Assembly: GCA_027621365.1 (NCBI GenBank)
Contig: JAQCBH010000005.1
Location: forward strand, 54,658-118,657
DNA length: 64,000 nt
Direction of reading: 5' to 3'
Source of the DNA: Bacteroidota bacterium
GTDB lineage: Bacteria > Bacteroidota > Bacteroidia > NS11-12g > UBA955
This document shows positions 17,989-28,115 of this stretch, one piece after another (within the stretch, counting starts at the first letter, position 1; each line of letters begins with the position of its first letter). The notes beneath the pieces are model-generated. The model made no database searches. It saw nothing but the letters and a program-made list of their open reading frames with translations, and had not been told where the DNA came from. Made by a program: the position numbers and the translations under genes.

Positions 17989-19602
17989 CTAAGGAATCAC
18001 CAAGCGATCGCCCACTTTGATTTGAGAATGGCTCAACTCATTTTTCGTCATGATATCGTTGACGCTTACCCCATACAATTGGGAGATTCGAAACAGGGTC
18101 TCCCCCGGTTTCACGAAGTGAACTCTGGACGTCGACGGAGCCGCTTCGCTTCGCGCTTCAGATGGAACCAACCACAACCATTGACCCGCTTGTATATGAC
18201 CCGAGGTAGTAAGATCATTGTACCCCATCAAGTCCTCTACTGACAAGCGGTACATTCGAGCAATTGACCATAGGGTCTCCCCCGTTTGTACCTGGTGCTT
18301 CTCAACCAGTCGAGTGGCTGAAGATCCTTCTGTGCTTGATTGCATACCGCTTCTCAAACCAGGATGAAGGATCAAAACCTGACCTGGAGATAGCTCCATT
18401 GATTCCAAGTTGTTCCAGCGAAACAAATCCACTCGGTCCAATCCGTAGCGCAGGGCAACAGCATCCAAGGTTTCTCCTCGGCGAACAACGTGATAAGCCT
18501 TATTGCCATCACGGCTGTAGACAGTATCCTGCACAGAGGTCGAAGGCAACACATAGGTACTAGGCTTATCGTTTCTCGAACCTTGCAAGACCAATTCCTC
18601 ACCGGGTGATACCTGTTCTTGTGACTCGTAATCCAAGAGGTTCATTTTGTACAGGGCTCGGGTGCGAATGCCATATTGCTGGGCAATGTCACGGATGTGC
18701 TCGCCTTGTTTGACGGTGTGAGAACTCGCCAAATTCGATTCCCGGCGTTTGGGCTTTAGGTACAAAATATCGCCGGGATTCACCGGTGCACCGGGTTGCA
18801 AATCGTTGTATTTGTAGAGCTTTGAAACGGGAACTCCACCCTGCTCCGAAATGGTTCCCACTCCCTGGCCTTGGCGAACGGCAGCCGCTGGAAGTCCATT
18901 GATCTCCATGGCAAGCAAAGTATCGGCTCGACCCGTAAAATACTCGGGGCCTAGCACCACCAAGCTGTCGTAATACCCCAGCCGATACCGCTTGATCACG
19001 CCAATGAGTATATCACCATAGGCCGGATTGGTCGCATAACCTGCCAATCGCAATCCATGGGCCCAATTCACATAATCAGCAGCGGGAAGCTCAAACAGGG
19101 AGGCATAGCGCTTGCTGTTTTTTAAAAACAGGCTATGGTCCCGATAGGAATCCATGGCCGACGGATAGCTGCGAAAACACTCGTCCTTGGCATCATCATC
19201 AGCCAAACAAGTACCACCCGTCCAGGTGCTTCGGCATTTGATTCCAAAATGGTTGTTGCATTCAACGGCCAATTTACTGTTCCCTGATGCACTCTCCAAT
19301 ATGCCTTGACCCAAGGTGATACTGGCAGGTACACCGTAGGTCTGCATTTCTACCATGGCTGCTCGAGAGAAGCTATCGATGTATTGCTTTGCGCTCTTCA
19401 CCTGAGCCGATAGACTCAACGCTCCAAAGGCCGCAGCCAAGCAAACTCCACGTCGAAACACGGGATCAAACTTAGCCCCAAGCCCATTCGGGCACAAACG
19501 GGCTTCTGCACGGCCCTGCCGCTTGCCCACAAAGCAGTACACCAACTTGCGGTTAATCCAATCCTTTGGCCGAAATTTGTGGGACATGCAAAAACGCATC
19601 AT
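17989..19602 (-). CDS. Peptidoglycan hydrolase with an N-terminal glucosaminidase (FlgJ-like) domain and four LysM repeats. The start is uncertain.
   Basis: TLGQGILESASGNSKLAVECNNHFGIK (glucosaminidase). Four LysM units (HTVKQGEHIRDIAQQYG, HVVRRGETLDAVALRYG, HQVQTGETLWSIARMYR, HFVKPGETLFRISQLYG). Confidence 0.8.
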   Translation of the reverse strand: MMRFCMSHKFRPKDWINRKLVYCFVGKRQGRAEARLCPNGLGAKFDPVFRRGVCLAAAFGALSLSAQVKSAKQYIDSFSRAAMVEMQTYGVPASITLGQGILESASGNSKLAVECNNHFGIKCRSTWTGGTCLADDDAKDECFRSYPSAMDSYRDHSLFLKNSKRYASLFELPAADYVNWAHGLRLAGYATNPAYGDILIGVIKRYRLGYYDSLVVLGPEYFTGRADTLLAMEINGLPAAAVRQGQGVGTISEQGGVPVSKLYKYNDLQPGAPVNPGDILYLKPKRRESNLASSHTVKQGEHIRDIAQQYGIRTRALYKMNLLDYESQEQVSPGEELVLQGSRNDKPSTYVLPSTSVQDTVYSRDGNKAYHVVRRGETLDAVALRYGLDRVDLFRWNNLESMELSPGQVLILHPGLRSGMQSSTEGSSATRLVEKHQVQTGETLWSIARMYRLSVEDLMGYNDLTTSGHIQAGQWLWLVPSEARSEAAPSTSRVHFVKPGETLFRISQLYGVSVNDIMTKNELSHSQIKVGDRLVIP

Positions 19603-21694
19603 TCTCTTATCGATTGTTTTGGGGGCCGCGTTCCACGTCTTCGCACAGGGTAGCTTCCCAAAACCTCAATTCAAGGCCACCTATTCAAACACCAAGCCAA
19701 AAGCGGGAGAAACGCTGGAGCTTTCCTTGAAATTTGATGTCGCGCCAGGCTTTCACGTATACAGTGAAAAAAGTGATTGTTCCGAGTATGATGGACCCAT
19801 TCGAGCCAGCCTGGATTTTCCCAAAGTCGCGAGCCTGGAATGGATAGGCAGCTTTCGCGGCGTCGGCGATCACATGGTCAAAGAGACGGAAATTTGGAAC
19901 TGCTCAACTGGTGAGTTTACCGGCAAAGGAGAATTTCGTCAATCGCTGAAAGCCTTAAAGAACATTCCCGCTTACCAGGTGGTATTCAATGGCCAAATCT
20001 GCAACGAAAGCGGCTGTGAGAATATTCGCGACATGGTCATTTCCGTTCCTGCTTTGGCCGTTCTGGGAGAAGAAAAACCCAGCGCTCCTGTTCAAGACCA
20101 ACCTGAAGAAACTCAAGAGACCGTCGATACAGCAGCGGCTCTCGCTGACCCCTCTGTTTCGGCGACAACCCCATCTTCTAAAGGATACATTTCCAGCAAC
20201 GGCCAAATGGAGCCTTGCGAAACCAAGACCTTCAATGGCCAAGCGGCCGAAGAAAGCCGCAGCGGCGCATGGGGCTTGTTTTTGTTGGCCTTGCTCAGTG
20301 GCTTTACCGCTTTGATTACCCCCTGTGTGTTCCCAATGATCCCGATGACCGTATCGTTTTTCATCAAGAATCATTCAAGGGCTAAAGCCATACGGGATTC
20401 CTTGATATTCTCGGTTTCCATCATAGCCTTGTACACCATCATTGGAACCATTGTTGCCGCTAGCTTTGGGGCTCAAGCCGCCAACTGGTTGAGCACACAT
20501 TGGGTACCTAATGTATTCTTCACCGTTATCTTCTTGGTGTTTGCCGCCAGTTTCTTTGGCGCTTTTGAGATTACCCTACCCTCTTGGATCGTCAACAAGG
20601 TAGACCAACAGGCCGACAAGGGCGGTTTCTTGGGACCCGTTTTCATGGCGGTAACCATCGCCTTGGTTTCTTTCTCATGCACAGGCCCCATTGTGGGTAC
20701 CGTTCTGGTCGAAGCCGTAACGGGCCAAGATTTCATGCGCCCCATTGTGGCCATGTTTGGATTCTCATTGGCCTTTGCCCTTCCCTTTGGATTGTTGGCC
20801 TTGTTCCCCAGCTGGTTGAACAACTTGCCCAAAAGCGGCGGATGGTTGAACAGTGTCAAGGTGGTACTCGGATTTGTAGAGGTAGCCTTTGCTTTGAAGT
20901 TTTTGAGCATTCCTGATCAGACCTACCACTGGGGCTTGTTGGATCGCGAGATCTATCTAGCCATTTGGATCGTCGTATTCACTCTGCTCGGCTTTTATTT
21001 GCTCGGAAAACTCAAATTTTCGCACGACAGCGAACTGCCCTATTTAGGAGTGGGTCGACTGGCCTTGGCCGTGGTGAGTTTCACCTTTGTGGTATACATG
21101 ATACCCGGTATGTGGGGAGCACCTTTGAAGGGTCTCGCCGGATACCTTCCTCCCATGAGCACCCAAGACTTTCGCTTGGGCGGCCCTGAACACGGAGAGG
21201 GCAACGTCATTGGCACGCCGAAGTACAGCGACCAACTGCACATCCCCCACGGCATTGCCGGATATTACGACTACGACGAAGCCCTGCAAGCGGCTCGTAC
21301 CTTGGGCAAACCATTGTTCATCGACTTCACCGGTCACGGCTGTGTAAACTGCCGCAAAATGGAGGAAAAAGTATGGTCAGACGAGTCTGTACTGAAGATA
21401 TTGAAAAACAACTATGTGGTGGTTTCTCTCTATGTGGATGACAAGAAAATCGTACTTCCTGAAGCCGAGCAGTTCATTGGCAAAGCCACAGGAAAACGCG
21501 TTAAAACCCTTGGTGACAAAAACGCAGAAATCGAACAGTGTTATTTTGGCAAAACCACACAGCCTTTGTACTGCCTATTGGATGCCGATGAAAATTTGCT
21601 CCAACCCGCTTTGGGCGCTGATTATTTCCAATTCAATGTTGAACCCTTTGTCCGCTTCTTGAAAGACGGGCTGACCCAATTCAAAGAACGATGA
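19586..21694 (+). CDS. dsbD: Thiol:disulfide interchange protein DsbD. The start was placed at MQKRIILLS.
   Basis: Signal peptide and N-terminal periplasmic domain. Multi-TM core with CVFPMIP and SCTGP. C-terminal thioredoxin domain [16 protein letters not shown]. Confidence 0.85.
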   Translation: MQKRIILLSIVLGAAFHVFAQGSFPKPQFKATYSNTKPKAGETLELSLKFDVAPGFHVYSEKSDCSEYDGPIRASLDFPKVASLEWIGSFRGVGDHMVKETEIWNCSTGEFTGKGEFRQSLKALKNIPAYQVVFNGQICNESGCENIRDMVISVPALAVLGEEKPSAPVQDQPEETQETVDTAAALADPSVSATTPSSKGYISSNGQMEPCETKTFNGQAAEESRSGAWGLFLLALLSGFTALITPCVFPMIPMTVSFFIKNHSRAKAIRDSLIFSVSIIALYTIIGTIVAASFGAQAANWLSTHWVPNVFFTVIFLVFAASFFGAFEITLPSWIVNKVDQQADKGGFLGPVFMAVTIALVSFSCTGPIVGTVLVEAVTGQDFMRPIVAMFGFSLAFALPFGLLALFPSWLNNLPKSGGWLNSVKVVLGFVEVAFALKFLSIPDQTYHWGLLDREIYLAIWIVVFTLLGFYLLGKLKFSHDSELPYLGVGRLALAVVSFTFVVYMIPGMWGAPLKGLAGYLPPMSTQDFRLGGPEHGEGNVIGTPKYSDQLHIPHGIAGYYDYDEALQAARTLGKPLFIDFTGHGCVNCRKMEEKVWSDESVLKILKNNYVVVSLYVDDKKIVLPEAEQFIGKATGKRVKTLGDKNAEIEQCYFGKTTQPLYCLLDADENLLQPALGADYFQFNVEPFVRFLKDGLTQFKER

Positions 21695-22266
21695 GTCGCG
21701 TACGCAGCCATTTTGAGCAAGCCCAGCAAATCCTGAATCAGTTTCTGTCTGATGAGGAGCAATTGAAACACATTGACCAAGCGGTAGAAGCCATGGCCCA
21801 TTGCCTTAGCAGCGGCCACAAAATCATCGCCTGTGGTAACGGTGGCAGCCATTGCGACGCCATGCACTTTGCGGAAGAATTGAGCGGTCGCTACCGCAAC
21901 AATCGAAAAGCCTTGGCCGCGATGGCCATCTCCGACCCCAGTCACCTGTCTTGCGTGGGCAATGACTACGGGTACGATTATGTTTTCTCTCGTTACGTCG
22001 AAGCCTTGGGGCGACCCGGTGACATTCTGCTCGGAATTTCCACCAGCGGCAATAGCACCAATGTTTTGAATGCCATCGCAGCAGCCAAAGATCTCGGCAT
22101 GACTTGCATAGGGTTAACTGGAAAAGACGGCGGCAAAATGAAAGATGCCTTGGACATCGAAATTCGAGCCCCGCATAGCGAATTTGCCGACCGGGCTCAG
22201 GAGATTCACATCAAGGCCATTCACGCCATGATCGATGGCATCGAAATAAGCCTTGCGCTTTCCTAA
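21691..22266 (+). CDS. gmhA: SIS-domain phosphoheptose isomerase (GmhA/DiaA family).
   Basis: [21 protein letters not shown]…[14 protein letters not shown]. 191 aa. 4-bp overlap with dsbD. Confidence 0.75.
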   Translation: MSRVRSHFEQAQQILNQFLSDEEQLKHIDQAVEAMAHCLSSGHKIIACGNGGSHCDAMHFAEELSGRYRNNRKALAAMAISDPSHLSCVGNDYGYDYVFSRYVEALGRPGDILLGISTSGNSTNVLNAIAAAKDLGMTCIGLTGKDGGKMKDALDIEIRAPHSEFADRAQEIHIKAIHAMIDGIEISLALS

Positions 22267-22306
22267 AAAAAAGCGATTTTCGACCCTCATTTAACCTCTC
22301 CCACTT

Positions 22307-23542
22307 GTGATTCGCTTTCGCTTAACCCTTATGAGTTTTCTCCAGTTTTTTGTCTGGGGATGTTGGCTCATTACCATAGGAGCATACTGGTTTACCACCA
22401 AAAAATGGGACTCTCAAGACTTCGGAGTCATCTTCTCCACCATGGGAATTGCGGCTTTGTTCATGCCCGCTATATCGGGAATCATTGCTGACCGATTCTT
22501 GTCGGCTCAGAAACTCTATGGTCTGTATCACATTTTAGCGGGTATCGGTTTGTACTATGTTCCTAGCGCGACCAGTCCAGCAGACATGTTTTGGCGCATT
22601 CTGCTGACCATGATCTTTTATATGCCCACGCTTTCGCTGTCCAATACCGTGAGTTATCATCTGCTCAGCAGCAAAGGCGAAGATGTGGTCAAGGCCTTCC
22701 CTCCCATTCGCGTGTGGGGTACGGTTGGTTTTATCGTCGCCTTATGGACCGTTAGTCTCACTCACAATGAAACTTCAGCCAACCAGTTTTACTTGGGGGC
22801 CGCAGTGAGCATATTGTTGGGCTTGTACGCCTTTACCTTTCCTGATTGCCCCCCATTGGGCAAAGAAACCCGCAAAAAGGGTCTTTGGTCGGCATTGGGA
22901 CTTGACTCCTTCGCCTTGCTCAAGGAAAAGCGTTACGCGGTCTTTTTCTTGTTTTCCATGTTGTTGGGCGCTGCTTTGCAGTTGACCAATGCCTATGGCG
23001 ATACCTTTTTGCACGGCTTTGACGGCCAGCCCGAATACGCCAAATCACTGGCGGTTCAATACCCGGCCATGATCATGAGCATCTCGCAGATCAGCGAAAC
23101 CCTGTTCATTTTAGCCATTCCTTTCTTCATGCGTCGATTTGGCATCAAACAAGTGATGTTGATCAGCATGATAGCCTGGGTCTTGCGTTTCGGTTTGCTG
23201 GCTTACGGAAACCCTGGTCCCGGATTGTGGATGATCGTAACCTCCTGCATCATCTACGGCATGGCCTTCGATTTCTTCAATGTGTCGGGGAGCTTGTACA
23301 TCGAAAAAAGTGCAGATCCCAGTATTCGTTCCCGCGCCCAAGGCCTGTTCACCATGATGGTCAACGGTTTTGGTGCCGTTTTGGGTAGCCTTAGCAGCGG
23401 ATGGGTGATCAGCCGTTTCTTTGAAGACGCCAATGGCAACAAGGACTGGCAGGGCATCTGGCTGGCTTTTGCCGCCTATTCATTGGCCGTGGCCATTGCC
23501 TTCCTGTTCTTATTCGAAGAGCCCGAAGAAGCTCAAAGCTGA
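22307..23542 (+). CDS. nupG: MFS nucleoside:H+ symporter (NupG/XapB family).
   Basis: N-terminus LMSFLQFFVWGCWLITIGAYW is characteristic of NupG. 12 predicted TM helices. Confidence 0.75.
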   Translation: MIRFRLTLMSFLQFFVWGCWLITIGAYWFTTKKWDSQDFGVIFSTMGIAALFMPAISGIIADRFLSAQKLYGLYHILAGIGLYYVPSATSPADMFWRILLTMIFYMPTLSLSNTVSYHLLSSKGEDVVKAFPPIRVWGTVGFIVALWTVSLTHNETSANQFYLGAAVSILLGLYAFTFPDCPPLGKETRKKGLWSALGLDSFALLKEKRYAVFFLFSMLLGAALQLTNAYGDTFLHGFDGQPEYAKSLAVQYPAMIMSISQISETLFILAIPFFMRRFGIKQVMLISMIAWVLRFGLLAYGNPGPGLWMIVTSCIIYGMAFDFFNVSGSLYIEKSADPSIRSRAQGLFTMMVNGFGAVLGSLSSGWVISRFFEDANGNKDWQGIWLAFAAYSLAVAIAFLFLFEEPEEAQS

Positions 23543-24150
23543 TCGTAAGGGTTTTCCTCCTCCTCTGACCCTTCCAATCCATCAATGGTAACCGAATGAA
23601 GGGCCTGGCTTTGCATGGACTTGCGGAACACCCCTAGATAAAGGAGCCCAGAGACAGCCCCCGACAAGTGCCCTTCCCAACTCACATTCTCTGGTACCAA
23701 AAGAGGAATCATGCCTTGCCACATGTTGCCGTACCACAATACCGCAGCGAAGGCCATACGGCGATAAAGCGCATGAGAGTAAAACAAGCCTTGAAACATC
23801 AGGAAAAAGCCCAATGAGTATACCCAGGTAGAAGCCCCTATGTGTCGGCTTCCTGGTTGACCTATCATAAACAATAGAAGGGAGCTCAGTATCCATGACC
23901 ACAACAACAATCTAAGAGATTGGCGAGGCCATGTGAAATAAACGCCGAATAACAGGGCGTTGATGGAAATCAAATTCCCAAATAAGTGCTCTGTATCGGC
24001 ATGAAACCATGAACCGGTCAACAGGGTCCAAGCCGATGACATCATCCTTGGAGTCAATCCCCAATCATGCGGCGGAGGCCCGTAAGCAAATACTATTAGG
24101 AGAGCCGCGTTTAGCAATCCCAGGATCCAAACGAATACCCTTAGAGTCAT
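23533..24150 (-). CDS. Rhomboid-family intramembrane serine protease. The start was placed at MTLRVF.
   Basis: Polytopic membrane protein. GASTWVYSLGFF (Ser-containing helix). HLSGAVSGLLYL (His helix). Confidence 0.7.
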   Translation of the reverse strand: MTLRVFVWILGLLNAALLIVFAYGPPPHDWGLTPRMMSSAWTLLTGSWFHADTEHLFGNLISINALLFGVYFTWPRQSLRLLLWSWILSSLLLFMIGQPGSRHIGASTWVYSLGFFLMFQGLFYSHALYRRMAFAAVLWYGNMWQGMIPLLVPENVSWEGHLSGAVSGLLYLGVFRKSMQSQALHSVTIDGLEGSEEEENPYDQL

Positions 24151-24605
24151 GTAGATAAATCTATACCCGCATTCCACCAGCCGGCATCAAACCAAGCACC
24201 ATATCGCTGATAAAAACGATGAGCCTCTTGGTTCCAATCCAATACTTGCCAGACCATTCTGCTAATGTTCTTTTCTCGGGCAAAATCCAAACAGGTTTCA
24301 AACAACGCGCCCCCAATACCCTGAGATCGATGAGATTCTCGAACCACAAAATCTTCTAAGTACAGGACCGGTCCCTTCCACGTGGAATACCTGCGATAGA
24401 CAATAGCAGTGCCCACTACTTCTTCATTCACCTCTGCCACCCAGGCCCATACCCACGGCTCGCTGCCAAATAACACATCCGACAAAGTCTCTGTTGTAGC
24501 GACGAATTCATGTGGAGCTTTTTCAAATTCGGCCAATTCCGCAATTAAACGGTGAATAGCGGGAACATCTAGAGGACTAGCAGGACGAACGGAAAAGGAG
24601 GGCAT
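24147..24605 (-). CDS. GNAT-family N-acetyltransferase.
   Basis: RSQGIGGALFE is the acetyl-CoA binding motif (Q/RxxGxG/A). 152 aa. The TAATG stop/start overlap with the upstream gene is at 24603-24607. Confidence 0.8.
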   Translation of the reverse strand: MPSFSVRPASPLDVPAIHRLIAELAEFEKAPHEFVATTETLSDVLFGSEPWVWAWVAEVNEEVVGTAIVYRRYSTWKGPVLYLEDFVVRESHRSQGIGGALFETCLDFAREKNISRMVWQVLDWNQEAHRFYQRYGAWFDAGWWNAGIDLST

Positions 24606-25006
24606 TAACGAATAGCCAATTTCAGGGTGCGGGTATTGTCACCGCTTTTCACCTGAACAAAGTACACACCGTTTTGAATCATGGCGTCTACGGTGCTGAT
24701 GCGCACCTTTCCAGCGGAAAAATCAGCAGATTTAATACTCTGAACATATACCGCTTTACCCAACACATCATTGATGATGATGACCGCGTTCGGGTATTCT
24801 ATTTCTGAAAACATCAAGTTCACATAGAAATAAGACCCCGTGACGGGATTGGGATTGAGAGTGAATTCAGGACCACCAGTTACCGTCACGGGGGGTTCCG
24901 TCACGGGTGTCGCATGAGCGGCAGCAATGCCGGCCATGGCAACGATTAGTATAACCCAAATATTCTTCACTGTTACAAAAATAAAAAAAAAGGCGTTTGA
25001 TACCAA
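24605..25006 (-). CDS. Mini T9SS substrate made of a signal peptide, about 35 aa, and a C-terminal sorting domain. The start is probably an internal GTG/ATG.
   Basis: Hydrophobic signal VILIVAMAGIAAAHA. The C-terminal ~80 aa (YPNAVIIINDVLGKAVYVQS…YFVQVKSGDNTRTLKLAIR) resembles a T9SS CTD. Confidence 0.5.
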   Translation of the reverse strand: MVSNAFFFIFVTVKNIWVILIVAMAGIAAAHATPVTEPPVTVTGGPEFTLNPNPVTGSYFYVNLMFSEIEYPNAVIIINDVLGKAVYVQSIKSADFSAGKVRISTVDAMIQNGVYFVQVKSGDNTRTLKLAIR

Positions 25007-25038
25007 ACGCCTTAGATTTTAATGTGGATAACTGTAAA

Positions 25039-25227
25039 TTATTCGCCAATGCCTTGATCAGCAGCAGAAGAATCAGTTGTAGAAGCAGCAGTAGTGTCTA
25101 CATTGGTTTCCTCTACAGTTGTTTCAACAGTAGAATCAACAGTTTCTTCAGCAGCGGCATCGTTGCCACCGCAAGCAGCGAACACAAACAAAGTGCAAGC
25201 AGCAATTACAAAAGAGATTTTTTTCAT
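25039..25227 (-). CDS. Small acidic lipoprotein (62 aa).
   Basis: MKKISFVIAACTLFVFAACGG is a lipoprotein signal with a lipobox. It is followed by an E/T/D-rich low-complexity tail. Confidence 0.4.
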   Translation of the reverse strand: MKKISFVIAACTLFVFAACGGNDAAAEETVDSTVETTVEETNVDTTAASTTDSSAADQGIGE

Positions 25228-25473
25228 TTTTTCCTATTTAAGTGTGGTGCAAAAATATAGGCGCGGGCAATATTTGCAAAAAAAATTTTTTTTTTATTCA
25301 AACATTTTTGTGCTCTCAGACTCCTTGACAAATAATGGATTCGAATATTCTATCAATATTTCAACTAAAACGTACAGACCTTAGAAACGATGTTGGTTCT
25401 TTGAACTTACTACAATTGAAAATTTGTGCTCCTAGCGAATAAAGCGGAGATTTGCCCCAAGTTCCATTTTCGT

Positions 25474-26109
25474 ATGAACCGCGTAGAAAATCGATTCATT
25501 GCCGCCATTTGCCTAATTTATGCCATAGGTCTGGCGGGCTTTATCATTCCGGCTGCGCGCCCTTTGTTCATGTGGCTTACCCCCTACAACATTGCCGGTG
25601 CCTTTGCGGTAGCTTGGCTCTTTCATCCCAAGTGGACACTGGCACACGTCGCTACCTTACTGGCTATAGGTTTGCTCGGATTTGGTGTAGAGGTCTTAGG
25701 CGTCCAGACTGGCGCCATTTTTGGTTCCTATTATTACGGAAAGACCCTGGGCCAGGGATGGAATCAGGTTCCTTTTTTGATTGGATTGAATTGGGCCGCC
25801 ATGGTCTTTTACACCTCCAGTCTACTAGCAGGACGCAGCCAGAACAATTTCCTGCTGTCCCTGGGAGGTGCCTCTATGATGACGCTGTACGACTTTTTCT
25901 TGGAACCCGTAGCCGTGCGTTTTGACTTTTGGCATTGGAGAGGCCCCATTCCCATGCAGAACTACATCGCCTGGTTCGCTCTTTCTTTTGTCTTTCTGTA
26001 TTTGCTATTCAGCAGCAGCAAGCCCAGCCACAATCGAGTGGCCGGCACCATCTACTTCATTCAGTTGGGCTTTTTCATGGCCCTGTTCGCTTGGATGAAG
26101 CTGTTTTAA
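25474..26109 (+). CDS. Polytopic membrane protein of the 'carotenoid biosynthesis protein' (DUF422/CruF-like) family. The start was placed at MNRVENRF.
   Basis: Six or more TM helices. W/F-rich motifs FDFWHWRG. Lies 5 kb from the crt operon. The family assignment is from memory, not from a search. Confidence 0.5.
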   Translation: MNRVENRFIAAICLIYAIGLAGFIIPAARPLFMWLTPYNIAGAFAVAWLFHPKWTLAHVATLLAIGLLGFGVEVLGVQTGAIFGSYYYGKTLGQGWNQVPFLIGLNWAAMVFYTSSLLAGRSQNNFLLSLGGASMMTLYDFFLEPVAVRFDFWHWRGPIPMQNYIAWFALSFVFLYLLFSSSKPSHNRVAGTIYFIQLGFFMALFAWMKLF

Positions 26110-28025
26110 ATCTTGGTCATGAACGTACAGGTATCGTCGTACATTCCTTCGACCGCGTCGGCGTAATTCTCTAAAACCACTTTTCGCTTCACCTTGAGGG
26201 TGATGGTCATCTCTCCGCTTTCAATGGTAAAGGGCTCGCGTTTGACCACAAACTTTTTCAATCGCTCGAACTTGGCCAATTCGTTACTCAAACGCTTGAT
26301 GTCTTTGGCCATCCATGCCGCTAACTCGGCATCGTCTAAGAATACGGCATCCTGCTTCAAACAATCTTGTTTAGCAGGCATTTGCTCCGCAATCGCATCA
26401 GGAGAAGGCACCACAATGGCAGTCAAATACTCTCGCTTATCGCCAATGATGAACACCTGATCAATCTTTTCGCTCTTGAGCAAGACATTTTCAATTTGCG
26501 TCGGATAAATATTTTTACCCAAGGAGGTCTTCAACATGTTCTTCAGGCGATCGGTGATCTTCAAATATCCCAGCTCGAATCGGCCTATGTCACCGGTGTG
26601 AAACCATCCGTCGGCGTCGAATACAATATCGGTCTCAACCTTATTCTGCCAATAACCCTGCATGACGTTGGGACCCTTGACCAATATCTCCCCTTCTGCG
26701 CTTTTGAAATCGGGCTGGAAACTGTTGTAGTCCTGAACCGTGATCATCTCCATGGTTTCAATGTTTTGAATGGCCACTTGCTGACGAGGTGCCACACGAC
26801 CGGTCGTTCCGTACACCTGACGGTGAAATTCATTGACGGTCACCAAGGGCGAAGTCTCGGTCAATCCATAACCTTCTTGAACCTTCAATCCTAAGTAGGA
26901 GAAAAATTCACCAACATGAGGAGGCAGAGCACCTGCACCGCTCACAAACAATTTGAGGCGACCGCCCATTTTGGCCTTGATCTTGGAATACACCAATTTT
27001 TCAGCAATGGCACTTTGGATGGACAAGCCCAAACCCGGTTTGCGACCGGCCATATCAGCAGCGCGAACCTGTTTACCAGTGTTCAACGCCCACCAGAAAA
27101 TCTTGGCCTTGACGCCTCCACTCTCGGTGGCATTTTTGACCACCTTATCGTGCACACGCTCCAACAAACGAGGAACCGTGGCCATCAAGGTGGGACGCAC
27201 TTCGGTGATGTTCTGAGCCACTTTGTCAATGTTCTCAGCGAAGGCAACTTCCGCACCGATGTAAGTACTCAGGTACATGGTAGCCAAACGCTCATACACG
27301 TGACTCAGAGGCAAAAAACTCAAATAGACGTCATTGGGTCCAATGCTCGGAACCAGGTCTTTGGCATCAAAACAGTTGCTCATGAAGTTCCAGTGCGTCA
27401 ACATGGCGCCTTTGGGAACCCCAGTAGTGCCAGACGTATAAATCAATGTTGAAAGGTCATCTCTCGTCACCGATGCATATCGATCAGCAATGGCAGAATT
27501 GTGCTGACTCAACAGCTCGGAACCTTTGGCCATGGCCTGGTCATAATTCGAAACCATTCCAGAACCATCGGCATCGTTGGGCAAGTGAACGACACCTTGA
27601 ACGGTAGAACATTTGTCCTGGACTTTTTGGAATTTTTTCAGCAGAAAGGCGTTGCCGGTAAACAGCAATTTGGCACCACTGTCGTTCAAAATGAAGGCCG
27701 TCTCATCGGCAGTCAAGGTCGAGTAGATGGAGACGTTGACCAAACCCATTTTTTGCAAGGACTGATCAATGGAATAGTATTCGGGGCAATTGTCCATGCA
27801 CAAGGCTACCCGATCTCCTTTTTCCAAACCAATGGATAAATAGTAGGAACTCAGGGCCTGAATATCAGTTAAAATGCTTTTGTAACTAATGTCTTTCCAT
27901 TCGCCTTCTACTTTGTGCTTGAGAAAAACCGAATCAACGGTATTGAGGGTATAGGCCGCATGTTCAAACATGGTGTGCAAGGATGCAAAACCGGGGTCAT
28001 TCAGAGTCATGGTGGTGTTAGGCAT
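26106..28025 (-). CDS. Long-chain fatty-acid--CoA ligase (AMP-binding superfamily).
   Basis: LIYTSGTTGVPKGAMLTHWNF (AMP-binding motif I). GYGLTETS. The track start at 28082 is a GTG inside the terminator hairpin, so the start was re-placed at ATG 28025. Confidence 0.85.
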   Translation of the reverse strand: MPNTTMTLNDPGFASLHTMFEHAAYTLNTVDSVFLKHKVEGEWKDISYKSILTDIQALSSYYLSIGLEKGDRVALCMDNCPEYYSIDQSLQKMGLVNVSIYSTLTADETAFILNDSGAKLLFTGNAFLLKKFQKVQDKCSTVQGVVHLPNDADGSGMVSNYDQAMAKGSELLSQHNSAIADRYASVTRDDLSTLIYTSGTTGVPKGAMLTHWNFMSNCFDAKDLVPSIGPNDVYLSFLPLSHVYERLATMYLSTYIGAEVAFAENIDKVAQNITEVRPTLMATVPRLLERVHDKVVKNATESGGVKAKIFWWALNTGKQVRAADMAGRKPGLGLSIQSAIAEKLVYSKIKAKMGGRLKLFVSGAGALPPHVGEFFSYLGLKVQEGYGLTETSPLVTVNEFHRQVYGTTGRVAPRQQVAIQNIETMEMITVQDYNSFQPDFKSAEGEILVKGPNVMQGYWQNKVETDIVFDADGWFHTGDIGRFELGYLKITDRLKNMLKTSLGKNIYPTQIENVLLKSEKIDQVFIIGDKREYLTAIVVPSPDAIAEQMPAKQDCLKQDAVFLDDAELAAWMAKDIKRLSNELAKFERLKKFVVKREPFTIESGEMTITLKVKRKVVLENYADAVEGMYDDTCTFMTKI

Positions 28026-28062
28026 TATTTCCAGAATGAACAAATATGGGTCAAATGGCGCC

Positions 28063-28100
28063 AAAATAAAAGGGCGACCCACTGGGTCGCCCTTTTCAAT
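28063..28100. terminator. Rho-independent terminator downstream of nifU.
   Basis: AAAATAAAA-GGGCGACCC-ACT-GGGTCGCCC-TTTTC is a 9-bp GC-rich stem. Confidence 0.7.
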
Positions 28101-28115
28101 CGAGTTCTTTGAAGT

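Noticed and set aside
25228-25473. A8T11 tract (about 25265-25290) as a terminator or hairpin
   Set aside because: It has no GC stem. It lies between divergent starts and is more likely an AT-rich UP-element or promoter region.
25474-26109. Calling the DUF422-like protein the missing lycopene cyclase
   Set aside because: It has no sequence features of CrtY, CrtYcd or CruA that I can see. It is kept only as a hypothesis in the findings.
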